Shown here: piece after piece, positions 18,062-27,844 of the stretch | Position numbering within the stretch: position 1 is the stretch's first letter | How the letters are laid out: each line of letters starts with the position of its first letter | Sequence record: MK373771.1 | Reading direction: 5' to 3' (one strand) | DNA: 45,130 bases | From: Escherichia phage vB_EcoP_R4596 | Notes under the pieces: model-generated | Told to the model about the DNA's origin: nothing | What the model saw: only the letters and a program-made list of their open reading frames with translations | The model's database searches: none | Program-made: the position numbers and the translations under genes

Positions 18062-19009
18062 ATGAATATCTTTGAGTTCCTAGGTCTTCCAGAAGACCAC
18101 CGCAACCACCCATTCATGCTGGTGAAGCATCGCGGTGAAGTTCCTGAGAAGAAATTAACTTTTCCATGTTATGCACAGGTGAAACGAGATGGAATATTCA
18201 GTGCTGTTGTGGTGCGCAATGATGGTGCTGTTGCCGTCTTTGGTCGTACTGGTAAGAAGCTCGCAAATGTTGAAGCCTTGGAAAAGACATTTAGTGTATT
18301 TCCTGTCGGGTTGTATCTTGGTGAGTTGCAATCTATGGCTGTTGGTGTTTATCTTGAAGCTCTGTCAGGAGTGGTAAACCCTAATCGTACAGAGCCACTT
18401 GACTTCATAGGCCAGCAGATTAAAGACAACCTGTATATCGACTTCTTCGATATGTTAACTATTAAGGCATTCCATGATGGATTCACTGATGTTTCTTATC
18501 TCAAACGTTACGATGCTTTACATCGTCGTATCGGCACTCATCTTAGCGGGTGCAACGCTATCCTTCCTATCACTCCTTGCCATAATGAGCGAGAAGTTGA
18601 AGCGTTTGCGCAAGAGCAAATAGATGCAGGACGTGAGGGTGCTGTATTCAAACTGGACTGCGATTATGAAGCAGGACACAAAGGTTATCGTCAGACTAAA
18701 GAAGTCCGTAAGGTAACTTATGACCTTACTTGTATTGGCTTTGAAGAAGGTAAAGGTAAATACAAAGGTAAGGTAGCTAACCTCATTTTCAAGTGGAAAG
18801 GGGGCAAGACAATCAAAGCTATGCTCGGTAAAGGGTGGACTCATGCAGATGCAGAACAGATGTTCCACGATATTAAACATGGCGGACGGTTGAATGTCAT
18901 TGGTAAAATCTTTGAAGTCAAAGGTCTTCAGGATTCAAGCAAGGGCAACATTCGTCTGCCCAAAGCGGGAGAATTAAGACATGACAAAGATGAACCAGAT
19001 TTCTTTTGA
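18062..19009 (+). CDS. ATP-dependent DNA ligase
   Basis: Adenylation motif AQVKRDGIF (KxDG) near the N-terminus; GAGGA ribosome-binding site; ATG 18062 (track begins at TTG 18044). Confidence 0.85.
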   Translation: MNIFEFLGLPEDHRNHPFMLVKHRGEVPEKKLTFPCYAQVKRDGIFSAVVVRNDGAVAVFGRTGKKLANVEALEKTFSVFPVGLYLGELQSMAVGVYLEALSGVVNPNRTEPLDFIGQQIKDNLYIDFFDMLTIKAFHDGFTDVSYLKRYDALHRRIGTHLSGCNAILPITPCHNEREVEAFAQEQIDAGREGAVFKLDCDYEAGHKGYRQTKEVRKVTYDLTCIGFEEGKGKYKGKVANLIFKWKGGKTIKAMLGKGWTHADAEQMFHDIKHGGRLNVIGKIFEVKGLQDSSKGNIRLPKAGELRHDKDEPDFF

Positions 19010-19196
19010 TAGCATGAAGGCAACTCGTGCAGTTGAGGTAGCAGAAGCTATCTTTGAAACTTTACCCTGCGGCATGGAAGTGCCATATACTTTACTTGCT
19101 GATGCAGAAGAACTTGGTCTTTCTGTAGAAGCTATCCAAGAGAAGGTTGACGAATTATATGGTACAGACGAAGAAGAAACCGACGATTTCATTTGA
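18981..19196 (+). CDS. Small acidic protein (71 aa)
   Basis: GGGAGA ribosome-binding site; overlaps the ligase 3' end; acidic tail ...DEEETDDFI. Confidence 0.45.
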   Translation: MTKMNQISFDSMKATRAVEVAEAIFETLPCGMEVPYTLLADAEELGLSVEAIQEKVDELYGTDEEETDDFI

Positions 19197-19325
19197 AGGA
19201 ATGGAGATGCTTGAGATGATTCTCAAGCCTTCTTCTCCGAAGGTGACTAAGACTCATGAAGAGTTAATCGTAGATGAAGTGAAGCGTTACATTATGGATT
19301 GTGTCAAGGCACAACTGGTAGTCCA

Positions 19326-19787
19326 ATGATACGTCAAGCATCTTTCTTAGATATACCTGAGATTATTAATCTAGGCGACAAGTATGTAGAAGAGGAAGTT
19401 AAGGTAGTAGCACACCACTCTCCTTCATGGAATGCAGAACAAAGCGCAGCAAACCTGTGTGCATCTCTTGTCCGAGATGATTTATTCTTATGGGTTGCTG
19501 TAGATGAGGGAAGCATTGTAGGATTCCTATGGGCTGGGTATCATGACTTAGCACCTTGGACACCAGTGCGTGTTGCATCTGATATTCTTTTCTACATCGT
19601 ACCAGAGAAGCGTGGCACTCTCTTAGGAATGAGACTTATCAAAGCCTATAAGCAATGGGCTTTTGAGAAGGAATGCGCTGAAGTGAGACTGTCTATTGCC
19701 TCTGGTATCAATGAAGAGCGTGTCGGGCGTATGTATGAGCGGTTAGGCTTTGAGACGTTCGGCACTGTGTATAACCTGAAACTTTAA
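19326..19787 (+). CDS. GNAT-family N-acetyltransferase-like protein
   Basis: Pattern VGFLWAGYHD...RGTLLGMRLIKAYKQWAFEKECAEVRL...YERLGFE typical of GNAT folds; start uncertain (ATG 19326, or 19299 per track). Confidence 0.6.
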   Translation: MIRQASFLDIPEIINLGDKYVEEEVKVVAHHSPSWNAEQSAANLCASLVRDDLFLWVAVDEGSIVGFLWAGYHDLAPWTPVRVASDILFYIVPEKRGTLLGMRLIKAYKQWAFEKECAEVRLSIASGINEERVGRMYERLGFETFGTVYNLKL

Positions 19788-19796
19788 GGAGGCAAT

Positions 19797-20006
19797 ATGG
19801 GTGTCGTGAAGAAGGCATTTAAAGCAATTGGTCTTGCACCTGAGACGCCGAAAATTGAGGCGGCTAAGACTCCGGCACAACAGTTAGCGCGTGAACCGGA
19901 GACTACGGCAGAGGATATTACATTAGGCCAAGATGATAGCGCAACGGCTGCGGCACGTGGTAAGCGTGGACTGATTCGTCCAGTGGCATCGAGCTTAGGG
20001 GTTTAA
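19797..20006 (+). CDS. Small virion-associated protein, possibly gp6.7-like (69 aa)
   Basis: AAGGAGG Shine-Dalgarno; located just before the portal gene; composition loosely like T7 gp6.7. Confidence 0.45.
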   Translation: MGVVKKAFKAIGLAPETPKIEAAKTPAQQLAREPETTAEDITLGQDDSATAAARGKRGLIRPVASSLGV

Positions 20007-20205
20007 TATGATGCAAGACACCGACCTTGAGTATGGTCTCCGGCACAACAGTTAGCGCGTGAACCGGAGACTACGGCAGAGGATATTACATTAGGCCAAG
20101 ATGATAGCGCAACGGCTGCGGCACGTGGTAAGCGTGGACTGATTCGTCCAGTGGCATCGAGCTTAGGGGTTTAATATGATGCAAGACACCGACCTTGAGT
20201 ATGGT
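19870..20205. repeat. Perfect tandem duplication, 2 x 168 bp (19870-20037 and 20038-20205)
   Basis: Direct reading; the unit spans the 3' end of the 69-aa gene and the first 10 codons of the portal gene. Confidence 0.95.
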
Positions 20206-21726
20206 GGAAAGCGGTCGAAGATACCTAAGTTGTGGGAGAAGCTATCTACTAAGCGCAATCCTTTCATGGACAGGGCAAAGCACTATGCGAGGTTGACTTT
20301 GCCATACCTCATGAATGAAGAGGGAGACAACAATACTTCTCAGAATGGGTGGCAAGGTGTAGGTGCGCAGGCCACTAACCACTTAGCTAACAAGTTAGCA
20401 CAAGTTCTCTTCCCTGCTCAACGCTCTTTCTTCCGAGTTGACTTGACGGCAAAAGGGGAGAAGATATTAAACAATAGAGGTCTTAAGAAGACCAAATTAG
20501 CTACGCTGTTTGCTCAAGTAGAGACTGCTGCTATGAAGCAACTAGAGCAGCGGCAGTTCCGCCCAGCGGTGGTGGAGTGCTTCAAGCATTTGATTGTTGC
20601 AGGTAACTGTATGCTATACAAGCCAAGCAAGGGTGCAATCAGTGCTATACCTATGCATCACTATGTAGTTAATCGAGATGCTAATGGGGAACTGCTGGAT
20701 ATTATCTTACTACAAGAGAAGGCGCTAAAGACATTCGACCCTGCAACTCGCATGGCTATTGAAGTAGGCATGAAAGGTAAGAAGTGCAAAGACAGTGATA
20801 ATGTAAAACTCTACACACACGCCAAGTATGAGGGTGAAGGTTTTTGGGAATTAAATCAATCAGCAGATGATATTCCTATTGGTAAATCTAGCAGAATCAA
20901 GGCTGATAAACTCCCATTCATCCCCCTTACTTGGAAGAGGTCGTATGGTGAAGATTGGGGTCGCCCTCTTGCAGAGGATTATTCTGGAGATTTATTCGTA
21001 ATCCAATTCCTGTCTGAAGCGGTTGCGCGTGGCGCTGCTTTGATGGCAGACATTAAATACCTGATTCGTCCAGGTGCTCAGACAGATGTAGACCACTTTG
21101 TTAACTCAGGAACAGGCGAAGTAATCACTGGTGTGGAAGAGGACATCCATATCGTACAACTAGGCAAGTATGCAGACCTAACACCAATAAGTGCTGTACT
21201 AGAGGTTTATACCAGACGCATCGGCGTAGTCTTTATGATGGAGACTATGACACGACGAGATGCAGAACGTGTAACTGCTGTAGAGATACAGCGAGATGCT
21301 CTTGAGATTGAGCAGAACATGGGTGGCGTATACTCACTCTTTGCTACGACTATGCAGACACCCGTGGCTATGTGGGGTTTGCTTGATGCCGGAGACTCTT
21401 TCACCAGTGACCTAGTAGATCCTGTTATCATCACAGGTATTGAAGCATTAGGTCGCATGGCAGAGTTGGATAAGCTGGCTAACTTCGCTCAGTATATGGC
21501 ATTACCTATGAGTTGGCCTGAGCCAGTACAGGCAGCAGTGAACTGGCCTGATTATATGGATTGGGTTCGTGGTCAGATCTCCGCTGAACTTCCATTCCTA
21601 AAATCAGAAGAGCAGATGAAGAAAGAGCAAGCACAGATGGCACAAGCACAGCAAGAGCAGATGCTTAATGAAGGAGTAGCTAAAGCTGTACCTGGTGTCA
21701 TTCAACAAGAACTTAAGGAGGCGTAA
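20176..21726 (+). CDS. Portal (head-tail connector) protein (T7 gp8-like)
   Basis: WQGVGAQATNHLANKLAQVLFP matches T7 gp8 WQAVGARGLNNLASKLMLALFP as recalled; expected size and position. Confidence 0.9.
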   Translation: MMQDTDLEYGGKRSKIPKLWEKLSTKRNPFMDRAKHYARLTLPYLMNEEGDNNTSQNGWQGVGAQATNHLANKLAQVLFPAQRSFFRVDLTAKGEKILNNRGLKKTKLATLFAQVETAAMKQLEQRQFRPAVVECFKHLIVAGNCMLYKPSKGAISAIPMHHYVVNRDANGELLDIILLQEKALKTFDPATRMAIEVGMKGKKCKDSDNVKLYTHAKYEGEGFWELNQSADDIPIGKSSRIKADKLPFIPLTWKRSYGEDWGRPLAEDYSGDLFVIQFLSEAVARGAALMADIKYLIRPGAQTDVDHFVNSGTGEVITGVEEDIHIVQLGKYADLTPISAVLEVYTRRIGVVFMMETMTRRDAERVTAVEIQRDALEIEQNMGGVYSLFATTMQTPVAMWGLLDAGDSFTSDLVDPVIITGIEALGRMAELDKLANFAQYMALPMSWPEPVQAAVNWPDYMDWVRGQISAELPFLKSEEQMKKEQAQMAQAQQEQMLNEGVAKAVPGVIQQELKEA

Positions 21727-22634
21727 TGTCTTTTGAAATTATTAATGAACCTGTAAGTCAGTCTGACGTTACTGAATCTAAGGAGGCTGCTGATGTTACT
21801 ACTACCGACACTGATTCTACTGTTGATTCTTCTGGCAGCGATGTACAAGCTGACACAGGCAGTACAAATGTACAAGACACCGGAGGAGCTGATATTGGAG
21901 AAGATGCAGGACAAGGAGAAGCATCTAGTGGATCGTATGATAAACCTGAGCCAGATGGTTCCTCGGACGAAGATGTAAGATTCTTCTTTGGCGAACAAGA
22001 AGTAGAGATTGAAATCCCTGACGATGTATCCTCTGCCTTGAAAGAGAAAGGCATTGATGCAATGCAGGTAGCCAAGGAGCTTTACGGTGAAGGCGGCAAG
22101 TTTGAGCTTACGGAAGAGACAAAACAGAAGCTGTATGATGCATTTGGCAAGTTCGCAGTAGACGCTTATTTGAATGGACTGAAAGCATCTAACGAGGCAT
22201 TCCTAATTAAATCTGAAGCTCAAGCTAAAGAAGCTAAAGCAGCAGATGCCCAACGCTTTACCGATATTGCATCGGAAGTTGGAGGGGAAGAAGGTTGGTC
22301 ACGACTAGAAGAGTGGGCGCTAGAAACGCTGTCTGATGAAGAACTAGCAGCATTCAATGCCGTGATGGCCTCAGGTAATCAGTATCTGCAACAGTATGCT
22401 GTGCGTGAGCTGGAAGGTCGCCGTAAGCAAGCACAGGGTGATGACAAGCCATCCTTGATTGAGCCGTCAGCACCTGCGAAGGCTAATGAGGAGAACAGCC
22501 CACTGACGAGAGATCAGTATGTCCGAGCTATCGCAACTCTTAGCCAGAAATATGGTAATGACCGTAAAGCTATGGCGGAGGCTCAGGCGAAACTTGACGC
22601 TCGCCGTCGTGCTGGTATGGCTCGCGGACTGTAA
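21726..22634 (+). CDS. Capsid assembly scaffolding protein (gp9-like)
   Basis: Position between portal and capsid; highly acidic N-terminal half; start overlaps the portal stop. Confidence 0.75.
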   Translation: MSFEIINEPVSQSDVTESKEAADVTTTDTDSTVDSSGSDVQADTGSTNVQDTGGADIGEDAGQGEASSGSYDKPEPDGSSDEDVRFFFGEQEVEIEIPDDVSSALKEKGIDAMQVAKELYGEGGKFELTEETKQKLYDAFGKFAVDAYLNGLKASNEAFLIKSEAQAKEAKAADAQRFTDIASEVGGEEGWSRLEEWALETLSDEELAAFNAVMASGNQYLQQYAVRELEGRRKQAQGDDKPSLIEPSAPAKANEENSPLTRDQYVRAIATLSQKYGNDRKAMAEAQAKLDARRRAGMARGL

Positions 22635-22640
22635 TTCAGT

Positions 22641-22663
22641 ATTTACTGGACACTATAGAAGGG
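22641..22663 (+). promoter_or_regulatory. Phage-RNAP promoter upstream of the capsid gene
   Basis: ATTTACTGGACACTATAGAAGGGAGA followed by 5' hairpin GGGAGA-AAAC-TCTCCC. Confidence 0.8.
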
Positions 22664-22712
22664 AGAAAACTCTCCCTAGTTATCAATTTGATTTATAAGG
22701 AGATTATAATAC

Positions 22713-23921
22713 ATGTCTACACCGAACACTCTGACTAACGTTGCTGTGTCCGCATCTGGTGAGGTTGACAGCCTTCTTATTGAGAAGTTTAATGGTAAGG
22801 TAAACGAGCAGTACCTGAAAGGTGAGAACATTCTGTCCTACTTTGATGTACAGACGGTAACTGGTACTAACACGGTTAGCAATAAATATTTAGGTGAAAC
22901 TGAGTTGCAGGTGTTAGCACCGGGTCAGTCACCTAATGCTACTCCAACTCAGGCCGATAAAAACCAGTTGGTAATTGATACCACTGTGATCGCCCGTAAC
23001 ACCGTGGCACACATCCACGACGTACAGGGTGACATCGACAGCCTTAAGCCTAAGTTGGCTATGAACCAAGCCAAGCAACTGAAGCGTCTGGAAGACCAGA
23101 TGGCAATCCAGCAGATGCTGTTAGGTGGCATCGCTAACACCAAAGCAAAGCGTAACAAACCTCGTGTAAAAGGACACGGCTTCTCTATCAACGTTAACGT
23201 GACTGAAAGTGAAGCACTGGCTAACCCGCAGTATGTCATGGCTGCTGTAGAATATGCTCTGGAGCAGCAGCTTGAACAGGAAGTGGATATCTCTGATGTA
23301 GCGATCCTGATGCCGTGGAAATTCTTCAACTCGCTGCGTGACGCAGACCGCATTGTAGATAAGACTTACACTATTAGTCAGTCCGGTGCTACTATCAGTG
23401 GCTTTGTTCTGTCTTCCTACAACTGCCCTGTTATCCCGTCTAACCGATTCCCGACATTTGTACAGAGTGCTCCACATCACTTACTGTCTAACGAAGATAA
23501 CGGTTATCGTTATGACCCTACCGCAGAGATGAACGGCGCTGTAGCTGTGCTGTTTACTGCTGATGCATTGCTGGTAGGTCGCACCATTGAAGTAACAGGT
23601 GACATCTTCTATGAGAAGAAAGAGAAGACTTACTATATTGATACCTTCATGGCTGAAGGTGCAATCCCTGATCGTTGGGAAGCTGTGTCTGTAGTTACCA
23701 CTAAACGCAACGGAACATCTGGTGATGCTGAAGGTACAGGCGCTGACCACGCAACCGTACTGGCTCGTGCACAACGTAAGGCTGTCTATGTCAAGACCGC
23801 AGGCGCTGCGGCTGCATTCTCTGCTGCACCAGTAGGTATCCAAGCAGAAGACCTAGTAGCAGCTGTACGTGCTGTAATGGCAAATGACATCAAGCCGACT
23901 GCACTTAAACCTGCTGAGTAA
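22713..23921 (+). CDS. Major capsid protein (402 aa)
   Basis: Position after scaffold, own strong promoter and terminator, AAGGAG ribosome-binding site; no direct sequence match recalled. Confidence 0.8.
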   Translation: MSTPNTLTNVAVSASGEVDSLLIEKFNGKVNEQYLKGENILSYFDVQTVTGTNTVSNKYLGETELQVLAPGQSPNATPTQADKNQLVIDTTVIARNTVAHIHDVQGDIDSLKPKLAMNQAKQLKRLEDQMAIQQMLLGGIANTKAKRNKPRVKGHGFSINVNVTESEALANPQYVMAAVEYALEQQLEQEVDISDVAILMPWKFFNSLRDADRIVDKTYTISQSGATISGFVLSSYNCPVIPSNRFPTFVQSAPHHLLSNEDNGYRYDPTAEMNGAVAVLFTADALLVGRTIEVTGDIFYEKKEKTYYIDTFMAEGAIPDRWEAVSVVTTKRNGTSGDAEGTGADHATVLARAQRKAVYVKTAGAAAAFSAAPVGIQAEDLVAAVRAVMANDIKPTALKPAE

Positions 23922-23930
23922 TAACCTATG

Positions 23931-23966
23931 CCCTATCTACCTTGCGTAGGTAGGGTTCTTTTGTTT
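23931..23966 (+). terminator. Tphi-like terminator after the capsid gene
   Basis: CCCTATCTA-CCTTGCG-TAGGTAGGG then TTCTTTTGTTT. Confidence 0.75.
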
Positions 23967-23976
23967 AGGAGGGTTC

Positions 23977-24717
23977 ATGCCTTTAATTCAAAATACAAGT
24001 GATGTTGGACGTATCATGGCTGAGGCTTCCTTCAATATCATTGATAGCAAACTAGAAGCAGTGAACCTGTGTATGCGAGCTATCGGTCGTGAGGGTGTGG
24101 ACTCTCTTGACTCTGGCGACTTAGATGCTGAAGATGCTAATAAGATTATTGATATTGTCTCACAACGTTTCCAATACAATAAGGGCGGTGGTTGGTGGTT
24201 TAACAGGGAACCTAACTGGTTACTTAAACCTGACACAAATGGTGAAGTGAACATGCCAAACAATTGTCTTGCTGTTCTCCAATGCTACGCCCTAGGTGAA
24301 CGTAAAGTGCCTATGACTATACGAGCAGGCAAGTTGTATTCTGTTTGGAATCACACTTTCGACATGTCAAAGTACGTTAATCAGGATGGGCGTATTAGGC
24401 TGACTCTGGTAACATTACTACCTTTTGAGCACCTACCTGCAAGTGTTATGCAAGCCATTGCCTATCAAGCTGCTGTAGAGTTTATTGTGTCTAAGGATGC
24501 TGATAAGACTAAGTTACAAGCACACCAGCAGATCGCAGCACAGCTTATGATTGATGTTCAGTCAGAGCAGTCTTCTCAGAAGAGACTCAATATGCTTGTA
24601 CATAATCCTACTCAGCGCAACTTCGGAATCATGGCAGGTGGCTCTCAGAATGTACCAGCGTTCTCCTATTCACCTTATGACACTTACCCTGTAAGGCCGT
24701 GGGAGGTTGATAGATAA
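23977..24717 (+). CDS. Tail tubular protein A (gp11-like)
   Basis: N-terminal pattern AIGREGVDSLDSGD.DAEDANKIIDIV resembles T7 gp11; position. Confidence 0.8.
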   Translation: MPLIQNTSDVGRIMAEASFNIIDSKLEAVNLCMRAIGREGVDSLDSGDLDAEDANKIIDIVSQRFQYNKGGGWWFNREPNWLLKPDTNGEVNMPNNCLAVLQCYALGERKVPMTIRAGKLYSVWNHTFDMSKYVNQDGRIRLTLVTLLPFEHLPASVMQAIAYQAAVEFIVSKDADKTKLQAHQQIAAQLMIDVQSEQSSQKRLNMLVHNPTQRNFGIMAGGSQNVPAFSYSPYDTYPVRPWEVDR

Positions 24718-27119
24718 TGGAAGTACAAGGTTCTTTAGGTCGCCAGATTCAAGGTATCAGCCAGCAGCCAGCAGCAGTAAGGTTGGATGGGCAGTGTACC
24801 GATATGATTAATATGATCCCAGATGTAGTAAATGGAACACAATCTCGCATGGGTAGCACTCATATTGCAAAGCTAATGGAAGTAGGCAGTGACAATATGG
24901 CAACACATCATTATAGAAGAGGTGATGGGGTAGAAGAGTATTTCTTTGTCATGAAGAAAGGAAGTGTTCCTGAAATCTTCGATAAACAAGGAAGGAAGTG
25001 TGGGGTGACTTCTCAGGATGCACCTATGACTTATTTAGCGGAAGTTGTAAACCCTAGAGAAGATGTGCAATTCATGACGATTGCAGATGTAACCTTTATG
25101 CTTAACCGTAGGAAGATAGTCAAAGCGAGGGCAGAGCGATCTCCGAAGGTTGGTAATCAAGCCATCGTGTTTAGTGCATATGGTCAGTATGGTACAACCT
25201 ATAAAATCCTTATCAATGGTAGTGTAGCTGCTACATACAAGACATCCGTAGGCGGGATACCTGAAGATGTTGAAACTATTAGGACAGAGAACATTGCATC
25301 TAAGTTGTATGAAGAGTTACAGAAGTGGAGTGGGATAGCGGATTATACTATACAACGAGATGGTACTAGTATATTCATTGAGAAGAAGGACGGATCATCC
25401 TTTGAAATATCCACGGAAGACGGTGCTAAAGGTAAAGACTTGGTAGCTATTAAGAACAAAGTGACATCTACTGATCTCTTGCCATCCAGAGCACCAGCAG
25501 GGTATAAGGTGCAAGTGTGGCCTACTGGTAGTAAACCTGAATCCAGATACTGGCTGGAAGCTGAACCAAAAGACGGAAACCTAGTATCTTGGAAAGAAAC
25601 CATTGCCGCCGATGTATTGCTTGGCTTTGATAAAAGCACCATGCCTTACATCATTGAGCGCACAGGTTTTACTGGAGATATTGCTCAGTTTAGAATCCGT
25701 CAAGGCGATTGGGAGGACAGGAAGGTAGGTGATGACTTAACTAACCCTATGCCATCATTCATTGATGAGGAAGTACCACAGGCGTTAGGCGGGATGTTCA
25801 TGGTGCAGAATAGATTATGTGTCACCGCTGGTGAAGCAGTTGTGGCTACAAGGACTTCTCATTTCTTTGACTTCTTCCGCTTCTCCTCTGTGTCCGAGGT
25901 TGCAACAGACCCTTTTGATATCTTCTCAGATGCAAGTGAAGTGTATCAATTGAAGCACGCAGTGACCCTAGATGGAGCTACAGTGTTATTCTCTGATAAC
26001 TCTCAATTCATACTTCCCGGCGACAAAGTGTTAGAGAAATCTAATGTGCTATTAAAGCCTGCAACAACCTTTGAAGTTGACAATAAGGTAGCACCTGTAG
26101 CTACAGGTGAGGCTGTGATGTTCGCAACAAGCGAAGGTGCATACTCAGGTGTACGCGAGTTCTATACCGACTCATACAGTGACACTAAGAAAGCACAGGC
26201 AGTCACCAGTCATGTGAATAAGTTGATTGAAGGAAATATAACTCACATGGTAGCCAGCACTAACATAAATAGGCTACTAGTAGTTACAGACAGGGATCCT
26301 AATATCGTATACTGCTATGATTGGTTATGGCAGGGAACGGAAAAGGTTCAATCTGCATGGCATAAATGGGTTTGGCCTAGAGATACGCTGATACGCTCTA
26401 TGTTCTATTCTTCAGAGACACTCTACCTTTTAGTGGAAAGAGGTGGTACAGGTTTATATCTTGAAGTTATGGATATGGGCGATGCATTAACCTACGGGCT
26501 TGTTGATAGAATAAGACTAGACAGGCAGGCAGAGCTTATCTTCACTTATGACTCCTACAACTCTCAGTGGGTATCCGACCACTTACCTTGGACACCTACT
26601 GACGCTTCTCTCTTGGATTGTGTTATCACGACAGGTTGGCCTGCATACATTGGAGGTGCATTTGGTTTTGAATACGATTCGACAAATAACAGGCTGATAA
26701 CTACTTTTGATTTAGCCGATGAGCAGTCTAATGCAGTAGTAGTAGTAGGGCAGTTATATCAACAAGAATTTGAACCAACTCAGGTGGTTATCAGAGATAA
26801 TCAGGATAGGGTGTCTTACATAGATGTACCGGTAGTGGGATTAGTTCATCTTAATTTAGATAAGTATCCTGATTTTCAAGTGAATATCAGAAACCTTAAG
26901 AGTGGAAAGACACGTAAGGTATTAGCCTCTAACCGTAAAGGTGGTGCACTGAATAACATTGTTGGTTATGTTAAACCAGAAGAAGGTTCTTTCAAATTTC
27001 CACTCAGGTCACTTAGCACTGATACGGTTTATCGTATTATTGTCAACTCCCCTCATACATTCCAACTTAGGGATATTGAGTGGGAAGGGACATACAACCC
27101 AACTAAGAGGAGGGTATAA
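24717..27119 (+). CDS. Tail tubular protein B (gp12-like, 800 aa)
   Basis: Size and position match T7 gp12; start overlaps the upstream stop. Confidence 0.85.
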   Translation: MEVQGSLGRQIQGISQQPAAVRLDGQCTDMINMIPDVVNGTQSRMGSTHIAKLMEVGSDNMATHHYRRGDGVEEYFFVMKKGSVPEIFDKQGRKCGVTSQDAPMTYLAEVVNPREDVQFMTIADVTFMLNRRKIVKARAERSPKVGNQAIVFSAYGQYGTTYKILINGSVAATYKTSVGGIPEDVETIRTENIASKLYEELQKWSGIADYTIQRDGTSIFIEKKDGSSFEISTEDGAKGKDLVAIKNKVTSTDLLPSRAPAGYKVQVWPTGSKPESRYWLEAEPKDGNLVSWKETIAADVLLGFDKSTMPYIIERTGFTGDIAQFRIRQGDWEDRKVGDDLTNPMPSFIDEEVPQALGGMFMVQNRLCVTAGEAVVATRTSHFFDFFRFSSVSEVATDPFDIFSDASEVYQLKHAVTLDGATVLFSDNSQFILPGDKVLEKSNVLLKPATTFEVDNKVAPVATGEAVMFATSEGAYSGVREFYTDSYSDTKKAQAVTSHVNKLIEGNITHMVASTNINRLLVVTDRDPNIVYCYDWLWQGTEKVQSAWHKWVWPRDTLIRSMFYSSETLYLLVERGGTGLYLEVMDMGDALTYGLVDRIRLDRQAELIFTYDSYNSQWVSDHLPWTPTDASLLDCVITTGWPAYIGGAFGFEYDSTNNRLITTFDLADEQSNAVVVVGQLYQQEFEPTQVVIRDNQDRVSYIDVPVVGLVHLNLDKYPDFQVNIRNLKSGKTRKVLASNRKGGALNNIVGYVKPEEGSFKFPLRSLSTDTVYRIIVNSPHTFQLRDIEWEGTYNPTKRRV

Positions 27120-27844
27120 TGGCAGTAATGGCAACAGTAGGATCAAGCCTAGCCAGTATGTTCTCCAGTAGTGCAGGTGCTGCGGCTGCTAGTAGTGCTG
27201 CTGGTAGTGCCGCCGCTGGAAGTGGTGGTGTACTTGGCTCTATCGGAAGTTTCTTAGGTGGAAGCTCTGCTGGCTTTTCTAATGCAGGTTTGTTGTCTGC
27301 TGGACTACAAGGCTTAAACTTACTAGGCGGTCTATTCGGTGGACGAGATACCGCTAAGGCTATGCAGAAAGCACAAGAAGAAGAATGGAGACAAAGGCTA
27401 GAAGCCACACGTGAAGCCTATTCTTCTGTGGCAGATGCAGAGCGGGCTGCTGCAAAGCAATATCATTCTGACTTCCTTAGTAATCAAATTTCACTGATGC
27501 AGCAACGAGCGCAAGTTGCAGTAATGGCAGGCGCTACTGGAACAGGTGGTAGCTCCATCACATCCATGCTCAATGATTTGACGGCAGAAGGCGGTCGCAA
27601 TCAGTCAACCATTATAGATAATTATGAGAATCAGCAAATCAACTTTGCCAACCAGTTGAAGTCTATTCAACGCAGTGGACAGATGCAGATGCGAACGTTT
27701 GACAAACCTTCCGCTTTGGGTACTTTGGTGAAAGGAATACCAAGCATTGCATCTTCCTATGTCACCGGAAGTAAAGCAGGTATGGCACTTGGCAAGGCTA
27801 TCACTGAGTCTCGTACTTATTCATCAGGAACTAGAGGAGTTTAA
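27119..27844 (+). CDS. Internal virion protein (gp13/gp14-like), Gly/Ala/Ser-rich N-terminus
   Basis: Position after tail tube B; overlapping start and stop codons. Confidence 0.65.
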   Translation: MAVMATVGSSLASMFSSSAGAAAASSAAGSAAAGSGGVLGSIGSFLGGSSAGFSNAGLLSAGLQGLNLLGGLFGGRDTAKAMQKAQEEEWRQRLEATREAYSSVADAERAAAKQYHSDFLSNQISLMQQRAQVAVMAGATGTGGSSITSMLNDLTAEGGRNQSTIIDNYENQQINFANQLKSIQRSGQMQMRTFDKPSALGTLVKGIPSIASSYVTGSKAGMALGKAITESRTYSSGTRGV

